DNA of 64,000 nucleotides from Spirochaetia bacterium (GCA_965198005.1 CBDAOI010000003.1:448001-512000), one strand, 5' to 3'. Counted from the first letter of the stretch, positions 46,091 to 57,671 are shown. Numbers and translations are program-made. The notes: generated by a model from the letters alone, not told the origin.

Positions 46091-46200
46091 CGGTCAAGCG
46101 ACCACCCCGGCGCGCCCGCCGCGAGCGCCGCCCCGAGCCGCACCCTCGCGGCCGCGGCGAGGCGCTGCCGCCGCCGCACCGGCCGCCGCTGGAACTCGAG

Positions 46201-47049
46201 GTGCGCCGCCTCGAGGTGTTCGCGCGCGAGTTGGTGGCCAGCCTGATGGCCGGCCGCCACCGGAGCGTGTTCCGCGGCCAAGGCATGGAATTCGACGAGG
46301 TGCGCGAGTACGTCGCCGGCGACGACGTGCGCCTGATCGACTGGAACGTGACTTCGCGCATGGGCACCGCGTTCACCAAGCTGTTCCGCGAGCAACGCGA
46401 GCTCAACCTGGCATTGCTGGTCGACGTGTCCGCCTCGATGCTGCACGCCAGTGCCGGGAAGCGCGAGCTGGCGGCGCGGGTGGTGGCGATACTCGCCCTG
46501 GCGGTCGAGCGTACCGGCGACCTGGTGAGCGCCTACCTGTTTTCGGACCGCCTGGAGCGGTGGCTGCCGGCACGGCGCGGCCGCGGCCACGTGCTGCGCC
46601 TGATCGAACAGGTGGTCGCCGTCCAGCCACGCGGGCAGGGCTCGGATCTGGCACTCGCGCTGCGCACCGCGGCCGCCACCCTGCACCGGCGCCGGACCTG
46701 CGTGCTGATTTCGGATTTCAAGACCGACGGCTTCTGGCCGCAGTTGGGGGTGCTGGCGCGCCACCACGAGGTGCTGGCGTTGCGGATCGCGGACGAGTAC
46801 GACACCAGCTTTCCGCCCGCCGGATGCATGGAGCTGCGAGATCCGGAGACCGGCCGGGTAATCTACGCCGACGCCGCCTCGCACCGGTTTCGCGCCGCCT
46901 ACCGGGAGCACGCCGAACAGCACCTCGCAACCCTGCGTTCCCGCTGCCGGCAGCATAACGTCGACCTGGTGGAGATCGCCGTGGGCGACGACCCGGCGGC
47001 GGTGCTGGCCCGTTTCTTTCGCCGCAAAGGGCGGCTTCGGCGCGCGTGA
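46201..47049 (+). CDS. DUF58 protein
   Basis: GQGMEFDEVREYVAGDDVRLIDWNVT; start uncertain. Confidence 0.9.
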   Translation: MRRLEVFARELVASLMAGRHRSVFRGQGMEFDEVREYVAGDDVRLIDWNVTSRMGTAFTKLFREQRELNLALLVDVSASMLHASAGKRELAARVVAILALAVERTGDLVSAYLFSDRLERWLPARRGRGHVLRLIEQVVAVQPRGQGSDLALALRTAAATLHRRRTCVLISDFKTDGFWPQLGVLARHHEVLALRIADEYDTSFPPAGCMELRDPETGRVIYADAASHRFRAAYREHAEQHLATLRSRCRQHNVDLVEIAVGDDPAAVLARFFRRKGRLRRA

Positions 47050-48011
47050 ACGCCCGTCTCACCGTCGGCCGCACCGCGACCACGCTGCTCGGCCTTGTCC
47101 TGCTGCTGATTGCCGCCGCCGCGGCCGGGCAGCAGCCGCAGCGGGTAACCGGCCTGACCCTCACGCCGGAGCTGTTCCACGTCGGTGACCGGGTGGTGGC
47201 GAGCATCGTGGTCGACGCCGGCTCCGCGCGCGTTCCGGCGCCGCCGGCCGTGCTCCCCGAGGACGACTGGGTGGTGGTCCACGCCGTCGAGGTGCTGCCG
47301 CACGGCGACGGGCGCTGGGAGGTACGCGTCGCCTTCAGCAGCTTTCAGCCCGGCGCGCTTACCCTGCCGGCGATCGACGTCGGTGCGTTCGAGCTGCGCG
47401 GTATCCGGGTCCAGGCGACCTCCCTGCTGCCGCAGGAGGGCGCCGCGCCGCTCGTGCTGCGCCCGTTGCGCGGCCCGCTGCCGCTGCCCGGCACCGCCGC
47501 CCGGCTGCTGGCCGCGGCAGTTGCCCTGCTGGCCGTACCCCATCTCCTGGTCAGCGCCGTGCTGGCGCTGTGGCGCCGGGTCCGCCGCTGGCAGGTGGAG
47601 CACGCCCGCAACCTGCCGCGGCAGCGGCTGCGGCAGGCGGTGCAGCGGCTGCACGGCGGCGCCACGCCGCCGGGGGCGCGCTCGTTTCACGTCCAGCTCG
47701 CACGGATCGTGCGCACCTACCTCTCGCAGCGCCTGCAGATCCGCGCGTACGCCGCGACCACCCGCGAGCTGCGCGCGGCACTGCCGTCGCTGGGGCTGCC
47801 GCCCGGCCTGGGGTCGGAGCTGACGGCGATCCTCGAAACCGCCGATCGCGTGAAGTTCGCGGGGCAGCGCGCCGAACCCGCCGAGATGCGGACCTTGTCC
47901 GAACGGCTGGTTGCCCTGGTGGACGCCATCGACACCGACCTGCAACGGCGCGAGCGCGGCGCCGGCCGGGCGCCCGGCGCACCCCAAGGAGCGGCCCGTG
48001 TGGAGCTTTGA
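47046..48011 (+). CDS. Membrane-anchored bat-operon accessory protein
   Basis: Signal peptide, TM helix, ATTREL and ADRVKFA motifs; operon position. Confidence 0.75.
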   Translation: MNARLTVGRTATTLLGLVLLLIAAAAAGQQPQRVTGLTLTPELFHVGDRVVASIVVDAGSARVPAPPAVLPEDDWVVVHAVEVLPHGDGRWEVRVAFSSFQPGALTLPAIDVGAFELRGIRVQATSLLPQEGAAPLVLRPLRGPLPLPGTAARLLAAAVALLAVPHLLVSAVLALWRRVRRWQVEHARNLPRQRLRQAVQRLHGGATPPGARSFHVQLARIVRTYLSQRLQIRAYAATTRELRAALPSLGLPPGLGSELTAILETADRVKFAGQRAEPAEMRTLSERLVALVDAIDTDLQRRERGAGRAPGAPQGAARVEL

Positions 48012-48999
48012 TCGGCCGCTGGTCCTGGCCGCGCTGCTGCTGCTGCCGCTCGGCATCTACTTTCTGCACTACCACCCGCGGCGTGGCGCCATCCCCCAAC
48101 TCACCTTCGATATCTGGGGCGGCGCGGGCCTCAGGGTACGGCTGAGCCCGGCCCGGCTGGCCGCGGTGGCGGCGCGTTGGCTGTTCTGGCTGGCCGTGGC
48201 GGCGCTCATCGTCGCCGGCAGCGGGCCGGTGCGCCTGCAGCGGGAACGGGTGTTCCTGACCCCCGGTCTCGACCTGATGATCGTGCTCGACGAGTCGCCG
48301 AGCATGTCCGCGCGCGACTACGGCGATACCACCCGGTTCGCGGCCGCGCGCGCGGTCATCCACGACTTCGTGCGCGGGCGCGAGAACGACGCGGTGGGAG
48401 TCGTCAGTTTCAGCGAGCAGGCGGTGCTGCGGGTACCCAAGACGCTGGACCGGGCCGCGGTGGTCGACGCCCTGGAGGAGTTGCGCGTGATGACGCTGGG
48501 AGATGCGACCGCGATCGGGATGGGGATCGCGGTGGCGCTGCTGCACCTGCCGGACCGCGGCGCCGCCGGCCGGGTGATCGTGCTGCTCACGGATGGCGAG
48601 AACAACGCCGGGGAGATTCCGCCCGAGACCGCCGCCGAAATGGCTGCCGACCGCGCGGTGCGGATCTACACCATCGGTATCGGCAGCGAGGGCGACGCCG
48701 TGCTCGAGTTCACTGATGCCGCCACCGGGCGCACCCACCGCGGCATCTACCACGGCCGGTTCGATCAGGCCCTGTTGCGGCGGATCGCCGAGCTCACGGG
48801 CGGACGCTACTTCTCCGCCGCGGAGCCAGGAGCGCTGAGCGCGGTGTTCCGGGAGATCGACGCGCTGGAGCGGATCGAGCAGCGCACCCGCATCGACGTG
48901 GTGCGCGAGCCCCGGCACGGTGCGCTCCTGCTGGCGGCCCTGGTGCTGCTGGTGATCGAGCTGCTGGTGCGGCGCGCCGTGCTGGGCGAGCTGTTCTGA
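47998..48999 (+). CDS. batA: BatA-like VWA protein
   Basis: DESPSM MIDAS, TAIGMGI, LLTDGENNAG, IYTIGIG. Confidence 0.88.
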   Translation: MWSFDRPLVLAALLLLPLGIYFLHYHPRRGAIPQLTFDIWGGAGLRVRLSPARLAAVAARWLFWLAVAALIVAGSGPVRLQRERVFLTPGLDLMIVLDESPSMSARDYGDTTRFAAARAVIHDFVRGRENDAVGVVSFSEQAVLRVPKTLDRAAVVDALEELRVMTLGDATAIGMGIAVALLHLPDRGAAGRVIVLLTDGENNAGEIPPETAAEMAADRAVRIYTIGIGSEGDAVLEFTDAATGRTHRGIYHGRFDQALLRRIAELTGGRYFSAAEPGALSAVFREIDALERIEQRTRIDVVREPRHGALLLAALVLLVIELLVRRAVLGELF

Positions 49000-50009
49000 T
49001 GCTGGTCGACGCCCCGGCCAACCTGGTGCTGCTGGTGCTGCTGCCGCCGGTGATCCTGTTGTTGATACTGTCCTATCGCCGCGCGCGGCGGGATCTGGCC
49101 GCCCTGCAGGGCATGGCCCGGTTCACGGCCGGCAGCCCCCGCCGCGCGCGTACCGTGTTTCGCGCCAAGCGCATGGCGGACGCGGCGTTGGTGACGGTCG
49201 CTCTGACCTGCGTGATTCTGGCAGCCGCGGGACCGCGCTGGGGGGAACGGCTGCGCGAGGACACCCGCACCGGCACCGAGCTGGTTGCGCTGATCGACCT
49301 GTCGCGCAGCATGGCGGCGCGCGATACCGGGATCAGCCGCCTGGAGCAGGGCCTGACGGCGCTGCGCGGCGCGCTGGAACGGCTGCCCGAAACCCGGGTC
49401 GCGCTGGTCGGATTCAGCGACGCGCCGCATCTGTTGCTGCCGTTCACCGACGACCGTGAGGCCGTGCTCCGGCAGCTCGAAGCGGTCGGCGCGACCGCGA
49501 TCACCCTGGGAGGTTCGGACCTCGAGGCGGCGCTCCGGTTCGCTGCGGCGGACCTCTCCGGCCGGCCGGGCGCCGCGCGTGTGATCCTGCTGGCATCCGA
49601 TGGCGAGGCCAGCCGCGGCTTTCCGCTGGCCGCGGCGCGCATGGCCGGCCTGCGCGGCGTACCGATCGCCGTGCTGCCCGTGGGCAGCGCCGCCGGCGCC
49701 CCGGTCCCGGACGCCCCCGGCACCCGGTCGGATGCGTCCGACGGCGCGATCGCGGTGTCGCGGCGGGACGATCGCGTGCTGCGTGCGATCGCGCGCATGA
49801 GCGGCGGCACGGTGGTGGATCCGCGACGGCCGGAGACCGGTGATGAGTTGGCAACCTACCGCAGACCGCCCGCCGCCGGCGCCCCGGCCGCCGCCCGCGC
49901 GGTGCGGGTCGAGTTGCGCGCGCGCTACCCGCTGCTGGTGCTGGGCGCCCTGCTGGCCCTGGGCGGCGTGGCCCTGAACCGGGCGTTGCGATGGCGCGAT
50001 ACCTTCTGA
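48999..50009 (+). CDS. batB: BatB-like VWA protein
   Basis: AGPRWG, DLSRSM, PFTDD, SDGE. Confidence 0.8.
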   Translation: MLVDAPANLVLLVLLPPVILLLILSYRRARRDLAALQGMARFTAGSPRRARTVFRAKRMADAALVTVALTCVILAAAGPRWGERLREDTRTGTELVALIDLSRSMAARDTGISRLEQGLTALRGALERLPETRVALVGFSDAPHLLLPFTDDREAVLRQLEAVGATAITLGGSDLEAALRFAAADLSGRPGAARVILLASDGEASRGFPLAAARMAGLRGVPIAVLPVGSAAGAPVPDAPGTRSDASDGAIAVSRRDDRVLRAIARMSGGTVVDPRRPETGDELATYRRPPAAGAPAAARAVRVELRARYPLLVLGALLALGGVALNRALRWRDTF

Positions 50010-50590
50010 CCACGGCCGCCGTGCTGGCGCTGGCGCTGGCTGCCGCGCTGTGGTTGGGGCTGGGCCGGGAGCCGCCGATCGCCACCGTGGCGGGCAACTA
50101 CGCGTTCGTCCGCGGCGACTACGTTGCCGCCACCATCCACTACCTGGCCGCCGCCGCGGGCGGCGCGGCCGGGGCGGAACCATCCCGGCAGCCGTACCTC
50201 GACTACAACCTGGGCAGCACCTACCTGGCGCTGGGGGAGGCGGCGGCCGGCATGGAGCTGCTGCGCGGCGCGCGCGCGACCGACCACCGCCTGCGCGGGC
50301 GGGCGGCGTTCAACCTGGGCAACGCCCACTACGAGTCCGGAAATTACCGCGCGGCGGCGCTCAGCTACCGCGACGCCCTGCTGCTGGCGCCCGACTCGGT
50401 CGACGCCAAGATCAACCTGGAGCTGGCCCTGCGCCGGCTGCAGACCAGCTCGCCGGCCGCCGCCACGCACCGGCGGCCCGCGGCTGCCGCGGGCGCCGCC
50501 CAGACCGCCCGCATCCTCGAATTCATTCGCCGCCGTGAACCGCCGCCGCCCGTGCGCCTCCCCCGGGATGCCGATGCCGCCGGCTACTGA
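49991..50590 (+). CDS. batC: BatC-like TPR protein
   Basis: YNLG, FNLGNAHY, DAKINLELA. Confidence 0.8.
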   Translation: MARYLLTTAAVLALALAAALWLGLGREPPIATVAGNYAFVRGDYVAATIHYLAAAAGGAAGAEPSRQPYLDYNLGSTYLALGEAAAGMELLRGARATDHRLRGRAAFNLGNAHYESGNYRAAALSYRDALLLAPDSVDAKINLELALRRLQTSSPAAATHRRPAAAAGAAQTARILEFIRRREPPPPVRLPRDADAAGY

Positions 50591-52694
50591 GCGGCCGTGT
50601 CCGCGAGCGTGCCGGCGGGCGGGGCGCTTGGGCACGGCGCTGCTGAGCGCGGCGGTGCTCGCCGTCGCCGCGGCCGCGGTCCAGGGGCAGGCCGGCCCCC
50701 GCGCCTGGACCGAGCTGTCGCCGCCGCAGCCGATGGCCGGGGAACCGTTCCGGGTCCTGCTCCACGTGCGCGGCATCGGATTGGATGCCATCCGCGTGCT
50801 GGAGCCGAGACTGCCGGCCGGAGTCGAGTGGGCCGGTGGTCCCGAGTTGCTGCCGCCCGCGGACGGTGCCGCGCATCCGCCCGCACGGGTGATTGCCTAT
50901 ACGCTGCGCGCACGCCGCACCGGACGCTACCTGCTGGACGGATTTCTCGTCCGGCTGACGGCACGGTCGCTGTACACCCGCGCCACCGAGCTCGAGGTGG
51001 TCGAGGCGGCGGCGGCCCCGCCTGCCAGACCGGCGGTGGCCTGGATTCCCGGCCGGCGCCGCGCCGTGGCCGGGGAAACGGTGAGCGTCCAGCTCGTCCT
51101 GCTGCAGGCGCCCGCGCTGCAGCTCCCGGATCGGATCGAGGTCCGCCCGCCGCGTGACAGCCGGTTCGAGCGGTACCGGGGCGAGGTCGCAATCAGCGAG
51201 CAGATGAGTGGCGGCCGCCGCGTCTACCGGGTGCCGCTCGCCGCCTATCTGCTCACGCCGACCGCCGCCGGAACCGTTACCCTGCCCGCGGCCCGGGTGA
51301 CGCTGCCGGCGGCGGAAGGCCCGCTCGTGCTGCAGTCCGAGGCAATGACCCTGGAAGTAACGGCCGCGCCGCCGGACATTGCGGCGACCGGCGCCGTGGG
51401 GACGCTCCGGGTCCGCTCCTGGATCGATGAACGGCGGCTGCCGGAGGGGCTCGAGGTCACGGCCAACGTAACGGTCACCGGAACCGGCAACCATCGATTC
51501 ATCGAGCCGCCGGAACCACGCGCCGCGGGAATGACCCTGGTGGACCGCACCGTGCATCAGGACCTGACGCTGCACGACGCCGGGTACCGCGGCCGGATCC
51601 ACGGCGTCTATCGCTACCACGTCACCCGACCCGGCACCTACTCCATCCAGGTGCCCGAATTCGCCTACTACGACACCGGCCGCGCAACCGTGGTGCGCGT
51701 TCCCGGCCGCGCCCACGTGGTCCGGTTCAGGGGCGCCCAGGCCGCCGCCGCGGCCGGCGCCGGTGGCGGCCCGGGGCGCGCGCTGGCGCCGCCGCCGCCG
51801 GGGTGGATCATGCGGCGTGGCTGCGTACCGCCGTGGCGGTTCTGGCCCCACTATCTGCTGCTGCTGCCGGGCGGGCTGCTGGCGGCCGCGGCCCTGCGGA
51901 CTGGCCCCCGCGGCGCCGGCGGCGAACGCGGACCCGGGCGCGCACTGCCGCTGGCGGGCGCGCTGGCGGTGGCCGCCGCCGGCAGCGGCGTGACGGCCGC
52001 GCTGCCCGCCGTCACGCTCGAGCCGCGGGAGCAAGCGCAGGCCGCGCTGGCGCACGCCGCACAGGCATACCAACGCGAGGACTATGCCGCCGCCGGCGCC
52101 GCCTTCGCCGCGGTGCAGCGGCGGTTCGACTGTTTCGCCGGGGTCAGCTACAACCGCGCGCTGGCCGAACGGGCGCTCGGCGACGACGCCGCGGCGATCG
52201 CGGCCGTGCGCGCGGCGGTCCGAGCCGCGCCGCTTACCGGCGCCTACCGCAACCTGCTCGGCGAGCTGGAGAGCGCCGCCGGGCTCGACACGCAGCACCG
52301 GCCGCCGCCGTTCCTGCCCCCCGCGCTGCCGTTCTACGGGCTCCTGGCGGTCGCCAACGGCGCCGGCCTGGCGGCCTGGATCGCCGCCCGCAACCCCGCC
52401 GGCCGAGCGCGCGTCAAAGGCACCCTCTGGCTGGGAGCGGCCGGCGGCGCCTGCATGGCGCTGCTGCTGGCCGGGGCAACCCTCGACCGGTCGCGCGAGC
52501 TGGTGGTGGCGCGCGCGACGGAGCTACGCCGCATCCCGGTGGCGGCGGCGCTGCCGTGGGTGCCGCTTACGCCCGGCTCCACGCTGGAGGTGCGCGGCGC
52601 GCACCGGGATCATCTCCTGGTGCGTACGGCCTACGGACTCGACGCCTGGGTCGACCGCGCTGCGGTCGTGGAAATCAACGCTCGCGATAGATGA
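50568..52694 (+). CDS. BatD/BatE-like fusion (beta domains, TPR, SH3-like tail)
   Basis: TGAVG, VTGTGN, YYD, TPR YN, C-terminal GLDAWV; start uncertain. Confidence 0.75.
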   Translation: MPMPPATERPCPRACRRAGRLGTALLSAAVLAVAAAAVQGQAGPRAWTELSPPQPMAGEPFRVLLHVRGIGLDAIRVLEPRLPAGVEWAGGPELLPPADGAAHPPARVIAYTLRARRTGRYLLDGFLVRLTARSLYTRATELEVVEAAAAPPARPAVAWIPGRRRAVAGETVSVQLVLLQAPALQLPDRIEVRPPRDSRFERYRGEVAISEQMSGGRRVYRVPLAAYLLTPTAAGTVTLPAARVTLPAAEGPLVLQSEAMTLEVTAAPPDIAATGAVGTLRVRSWIDERRLPEGLEVTANVTVTGTGNHRFIEPPEPRAAGMTLVDRTVHQDLTLHDAGYRGRIHGVYRYHVTRPGTYSIQVPEFAYYDTGRATVVRVPGRAHVVRFRGAQAAAAAGAGGGPGRALAPPPPGWIMRRGCVPPWRFWPHYLLLLPGGLLAAAALRTGPRGAGGERGPGRALPLAGALAVAAAGSGVTAALPAVTLEPREQAQAALAHAAQAYQREDYAAAGAAFAAVQRRFDCFAGVSYNRALAERALGDDAAAIAAVRAAVRAAPLTGAYRNLLGELESAAGLDTQHRPPPFLPPALPFYGLLAVANGAGLAAWIAARNPAGRARVKGTLWLGAAGGACMALLLAGATLDRSRELVVARATELRRIPVAAALPWVPLTPGSTLEVRGAHRDHLLVRTAYGLDAWVDRAAVVEINARDR

Positions 52695-52893
52695 TGCGCC
52701 CGCGATTCAGGTCGTACGGGGACAGGGCAACGCGGACCCGGTCGCCCGGCACGATCCTGATGTAATGCCGGCGCATCTTCCCCGACAGATGGGCGAGCAC
52801 CAGATGGCCGTTCTGGAGCTCGACCCGAAACATGGTATTGGGCAACGATTCCCGTACCGTCCCTTCTATCTCAATGGCCTCTTCTTTCGCCAA
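52675..52893 (-). CDS. infA: Translation initiation factor IF-1
   Basis: (M)[36 protein letters not shown]. Confidence 0.97.
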   Translation of the reverse strand: MAKEEAIEIEGTVRESLPNTMFRVELQNGHLVLAHLSGKMRRHYIRIVPGDRVRVALSPYDLNRGRIIYRER

Positions 52894-53230
52894 AACAATC
52901 CTGGTGCGCCAGTACACGCGGCCGGGACGGTTTTGTCAACCGAACGCCACCCCGAGCGCCCTCCCCCAACACTCTGAACACCACCTAACGCCCCGAGACC
53001 GCGGCGCGGGCGGCCACGCTGTTGGCCCAAGCCGTCGATTCGCCGCTAACCGCTCAGGCCGGCCAGTGCCCACAGCGCCGGCGCTGACGCCCGGGTTACC
53101 AGCAGACATCCACCCCCAGCGCACGACGCTGCTCGCGGGTGGGACCGGTAGCCCGCCCGTGCCCCTGCGCAGCGCTCCAGCACCGCGGCCTGCTCTGCGC
53201 CGTCCGCGTCGAGCGCCGGGGTCGCAGGGC

Positions 53231-53583
53231 CGGCGCGCGGCTGTCGATGGTCGTCGGTCTGGCCGCGACCGCGCTCAATGTCGTGGTTGCTCTCCTGATC
53301 GGCGGCACGTCGGGATTCTTTGGCGGCAAGTTGGACCTGGTGGTGCAGAGATTCGTCGATGCCTGGATGGTTATTCCGGGGCGCCATGCTCAGCCGGGAA
53401 GGGCGTGAGTACATGCAGCAGGCGCCGTGGCTGGCGCTCTGGCCGGGCCTGTGCCTGACGATCGTGGTCTACAGTCTGAACATGTTCGGCGATGCGGTGC
53501 GCGACCTGCTCGACCCGCGGTGCGGGGTGGCGGCGGTCGTCTCGATGCCGCCGCCGCCGCCTGAGGACTACCACCGGCGGGCG
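53231..53583 (+). pseudogene. DppC-type permease fragment duplicating 59522-59978 with a further deletion
   Basis: GARLSMVVGLAAT..PWLALWPG..LLDPR; near-identical DNA. Confidence 0.85.
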
Positions 53584-53769
53584 TGGCGCCGCCCCTACGG
53601 AGAAGAGAAGCGCTCGCTCTGCAACGGGATGGTGCTGCAGCAGGTCGGTCACGGACTGGGCCTCGTCGAGTGATGCCCATAATCGTCTCGGCGCATTCAT
53701 GCGAAACTTCGAGAGATTGACCAACACGCCGGCTACTTGTACGGTTTTGCTGTACTGGAAGAACTTCCG

Positions 53770-54030
53770 ATGATCTACGAAACCACCTACAGCAACGCGC
53801 GTGCCCACTTGGCGTCGCTCATGGACCAAGTGACGGATACCCGCGAACCGATCCTGATTCGTCGGCGCGGGGCGGAATCCGTCGCGCTGGTCGCAGCCGA
53901 TGAGCTCGCCGGCTGGATGGAGACCGCCTATCTGCTCCGTTCGCCCAAGAATGCGCAGCGCCTGTTGGACGGCAGCCGCCGTGCCGCCGCCGGGGAAGGC
54001 ATTCCGTTGAGCGTCGAACAACTCCGCGTG
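53770..54030 (+). CDS. yefM: YefM/Phd antitoxin; 3' end runs into unrelated sequence, no toxin seen
   Basis: [32 protein letters not shown]. Confidence 0.8.
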
Positions 54031-54700
54031 CGCTGCGCGGACAGCTTGCCGGCGCCTGGTCCCGGCGTATCGACCAGGAGCACCGTCTGGTCTATCGAGT
54101 CGAACCAGCCTGCGTACGATTCATCGCAGCCCGGTACCACTACTGAGCAGCGCCCTGAACCGGCTCTGCCACTGGCGCGCATGGTTCACCAGTGGCACGC
54201 TAGCTCGCGGGCGCTGGCTGAGCCGCCACGGCGCCGGCTGTCTCAGTTGTCAGATTTCTTCGACGCAGGTGGTTGCCCCGAGTCCGGGTCCGTGCTACGG
54301 TCGCACGGTAGAGCCATGGACGGTCCCTGTAGCGCCCACAACAAGTTAGCGGTCTACCGTAGAGCCATGGACGGTCCCCCCCCCCCCACAACTTTCATAC
54401 ATCCTGTAGATCACTAGCCGCTCGGGCTCGCCGCGCCGCGGGCGCCTTCGCCTTCAACACCGGGGTCAGGGCCGGCTACACGTGGCGCGTGCTCGGACTC
54501 TCAAACCAAACATACGGTCCACGTCCCGACCACCGGCGTTGCCGGTCAATTACATCCACTACAACCCTGCCGGTATCCCGGCGCACAGGAGGTGCAAGTG
54601 ATACTCAAAGAACCGCACGCGCGCGGGGCGTGAGCCCCGATTGCCGTCTCTGTCTGGCCGCCTGCGTTGCGGGCGCGAGAGTAGGCAGGGCCCGGCAATT

Positions 54701-54774
54701 CGTTACTCGATACTCTCAAACCAAACATACGGAGTTACGTTACTCGATACTCTCAAACCAAACATACGGAGTTA
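54701..54774 (+). repeat. Perfect 37-bp tandem duplication containing the RBS; third 21-bp copy at 54497-54517
   Basis: cgttactcgatactctcaaaccaaacatacggagtta twice. Confidence 0.9.
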
Positions 54775-54777
54775 CGT

Positions 54778-56601
54778 ATGAACATTATGAACATCGTAAG
54801 AATCAGAATGACCTTCGCGGTTGCGCTGGTCCTGGTTCTGACCGCCACCGGCCTGTGGGCCGCTGGCGCAGAAGAGGAGCCGGCAGCCGCCGCCGAGAAG
54901 GAAATGGTGCTCGACCCCACCACCGGTGAGATGGTGACCGCGCCGGAGTACGGCGGGACAATTACTACCAAATGGTGGGCGACCTCCGACCCTGCGCATG
55001 GTGACACCTGGTATGGGGCACTCTATTATCATATCGGTAACCTCGTGTTAGAGACCCTGGGTATCGGGGACTGGGGACTAGACAGGGATGTATTTGACTT
55101 TAAATCGACCTATGTTACTCTGGCTGTCACTAAACCCCACCTAGCTGAAGGCTACGAAACGCCCGACCCGTTCACCACTATCTTCCACATCCGCAAGGGC
55201 GTTCGCTGGCATGATAAGGCACCGATGAACGGACGGGAGCTGACTGCTTATGACGTTGAACATTCCTTTCACCGATTTCTGGGTTTCGGCGATTTCGCTG
55301 AAGCCGGGCCAAGTCCTTTTGTACCCAGCCTTACCGGTCTGCCAATAGAATCGGTGACGGCGACTGACAAATGGACGGTTGTCTTCAAGATGTCGAGTTT
55401 CAGCTTTAATACGCTGGATACGATTTACTTCTCAAGTGCGGATGGTAGCTGGATACAGCCCCCCGAGGTGATTCAGCAGCATGGAGACCTTCAGGATTGG
55501 AGGAACTTGGTCGGCACCGGCCCGTATGAGCTGACTGACTGGATCAAGGGGAGCTCTATCACTTACACCAAGAATCCTGACTACTGGGGCTATGATGAAA
55601 AATACCCAAAGAACCGCCTGCCCTATGCTGACAAGATTAAGTTTCTGGTAATATCGGATGAAGCGACACAACTGGCGGCACTGCGCTCGGGCAAGATTGC
55701 TACGATGCTGGCTTCTGAGGGCGCGCTTGACCTTGACCAGGCAGAGAGCATGCGGCGTGCGTACCCAGAAATCGTGCTAGACGCCGCGTATCTCAAGATG
55801 AACGATTTTGGAATGGACGTGCGCAAGCCGCCCTTTGACGACATCCGGGTGCGTCAGGCAATGCAGTTGGCATTAGACAACGAGACAATCGCCAGAACCC
55901 TATATAGGGGCCATGCAGACCCGACACCTTATGGGATTATGGGGCCGGCGGCCGTCGGGTACTACGTCCCGTATGAGGAGTGGCCGGAAGAGGTCAAGGA
56001 AGGCTATCGCTATGACCCGGCAGGGGCAGAAGCGTTGCTTGAGGCGGCCGGGTATAAACGCGGCGCCGACGGCATTAGATTCAAGACTACCTTAGACTTC
56101 AGCGACGGCGCGCCGTATATGGATGTAGACTATGTACAAGTAAGCAAAGCCTATTGGGCTGAGATTGGCGTTGATGTCGAGCTTAATGTGATAGATACTG
56201 CTACTTTTAACGCCCGTATAAATGACCATACTTATGAAGGTATTACCACCGGGTTGAGAGGCGGGGATTGGGCGTTCACTTTCTTAAGAATCCTGGGTCA
56301 TTCGACCTCAGTGTGGAACATGCACGGAGGGCAGGACCCCGAGTACGACGCCATGGTTGAAGCTGCCGAAGCCGCTACCACCCTTGAGGAGCTGATGAGG
56401 CTGAGCAGAGAGGCAGATATGTATTTCATAAAGAAGCAATGGCAGACATGGGGTGTTCGACCTGCTCAGTTTAGCGCTTATTGGCCATGGCTCGGTGGTT
56501 TCAATGGAGAAACCGGTCTGGGAGGCGGTATGCGTCAGACCGTTCTCTCCCGGGTCTGGGTTGACTCAGACCTCAAGTACGAGCTGACGGGACAGAGGTA
56601 G
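54778..56601 (+). CDS. Family 5 (Dpp/Opp) ABC substrate-binding protein
   Basis: PEYGG, IRKGVRWH, VGTGPY, KNPDYW, PFDDIRVRQAM. Confidence 0.92.
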   Translation: MNIMNIVRIRMTFAVALVLVLTATGLWAAGAEEEPAAAAEKEMVLDPTTGEMVTAPEYGGTITTKWWATSDPAHGDTWYGALYYHIGNLVLETLGIGDWGLDRDVFDFKSTYVTLAVTKPHLAEGYETPDPFTTIFHIRKGVRWHDKAPMNGRELTAYDVEHSFHRFLGFGDFAEAGPSPFVPSLTGLPIESVTATDKWTVVFKMSSFSFNTLDTIYFSSADGSWIQPPEVIQQHGDLQDWRNLVGTGPYELTDWIKGSSITYTKNPDYWGYDEKYPKNRLPYADKIKFLVISDEATQLAALRSGKIATMLASEGALDLDQAESMRRAYPEIVLDAAYLKMNDFGMDVRKPPFDDIRVRQAMQLALDNETIARTLYRGHADPTPYGIMGPAAVGYYVPYEEWPEEVKEGYRYDPAGAEALLEAAGYKRGADGIRFKTTLDFSDGAPYMDVDYVQVSKAYWAEIGVDVELNVIDTATFNARINDHTYEGITTGLRGGDWAFTFLRILGHSTSVWNMHGGQDPEYDAMVEAAEAATTLEELMRLSREADMYFIKKQWQTWGVRPAQFSAYWPWLGGFNGETGLGGGMRQTVLSRVWVDSDLKYELTGQR

Positions 56602-56638
56602 GGTTTAGTAGGGATAATTGTTACTCGTGAGGGGAAAG

Positions 56639-56671
56639 AAGGGGCTGGGGGCTTAGGCGCTCAGCCCCTTT
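56639..56671 (+). terminator. Stem-loop after the substrate-binding gene (terminator or mRNA stabiliser)
   Basis: aaggggctg..cagcccctt. Confidence 0.55.
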
Positions 56672-56705
56672 ACTGAGCGACCTCGCAATGACGAGAGAGG
56701 GTGAC

Positions 56706-57671
56706 ATGCGAACCTACGTAATTAGAAGAATATTGCTAATAATTCCCACCGTGTTGATAGTGTCTATGATAGTCTTCCTCTCGGTACGTCTCATCCCTGG
56801 CGACGTAATAGACATGATGATGGCTTTGATGGGGCCTGAGGCTACCTCGGGGCTTGGCCTTGACCGTGAAGCGATTGAGCATATGCTGGGATTGGACGTG
56901 TCCATCCCGATCCAGTATGGACGCTGGATGGGAGACATTATTCTGCGCGGCAACCTCGGGGAATCGCTGCGTGGCGGTCCGAACGTGACTGACCAGCTGT
57001 TCAGTAGATTGCCAGTGACCATTGAGCTCGGCGTCTTGGCGGTGATTGTAGGACTACTAATAGCTTTGCCTATCGGTATCTATTCGGCGATACGGCAGGA
57101 TACACTTGGTGATTATGGAGGGCGTACTGTCGGCATTCTCTTTCTCTGCATTCCCAACTTCTGGTTGGGCACTATCGTAATGATTTACCCCTCAATCTGG
57201 TGGGGTTGGACGCCACCAATGGAGCTTGTCAAATTTGCCGACGATCCACTGGGTAACCTCGGAATGTTCACAATTCCAGCGGTCATTCTGGGCGCATCCA
57301 TGGCGGGAGTGACCATGAGAATGACACGCACCACGATGCTTGAGGTGTTGAGGCAGGACTATGTCAGAACTGCCTGGTCAAAGGGACTCAAGGAGAGGGT
57401 GGTCATCATGAGGCACACCCTGAAGAATGCGTTCATCCCAGTAATTACCATAGTCGGCATGCAGTTGCCTCTTCTAGTTGCCGGTGCGGTTATTATGGAG
57501 CAGATATTCGGCCTGCCCGGGGTAGGCCGTCTGTTTATAGGCGCTCTCATTGAGAGAGACTATACGATGGTCTCCGGGATAAACTTGTTTATCGCCACCG
57601 TGGTAATAGGCATCAATCTGCTGGTTGACCTCACCTATGGTTATTTGGACCCCAGGGTTCAAAACAGATAG
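56706..57671 (+). CDS. DppB-type ABC permease
   Basis: RLIPGD, RLPVTIEL, QDYVRTAWSKGL, DPRV. Confidence 0.92.
   Translation: MRTYVIRRILLIIPTVLIVSMIVFLSVRLIPGDVIDMMMALMGPEATSGLGLDREAIEHMLGLDVSIPIQYGRWMGDIILRGNLGESLRGGPNVTDQLFSRLPVTIELGVLAVIVGLLIALPIGIYSAIRQDTLGDYGGRTVGILFLCIPNFWLGTIVMIYPSIWWGWTPPMELVKFADDPLGNLGMFTIPAVILGASMAGVTMRMTRTTMLEVLRQDYVRTAWSKGLKERVVIMRHTLKNAFIPVITIVGMQLPLLVAGAVIMEQIFGLPGVGRLFIGALIERDYTMVSGINLFIATVVIGINLLVDLTYGYLDPRVQNR

Noticed and set aside
54308-54378. Possible mini-CRISPR
   Set aside because: Only two 20-bp repeats, the spacer partly repeats downstream, and no cas genes
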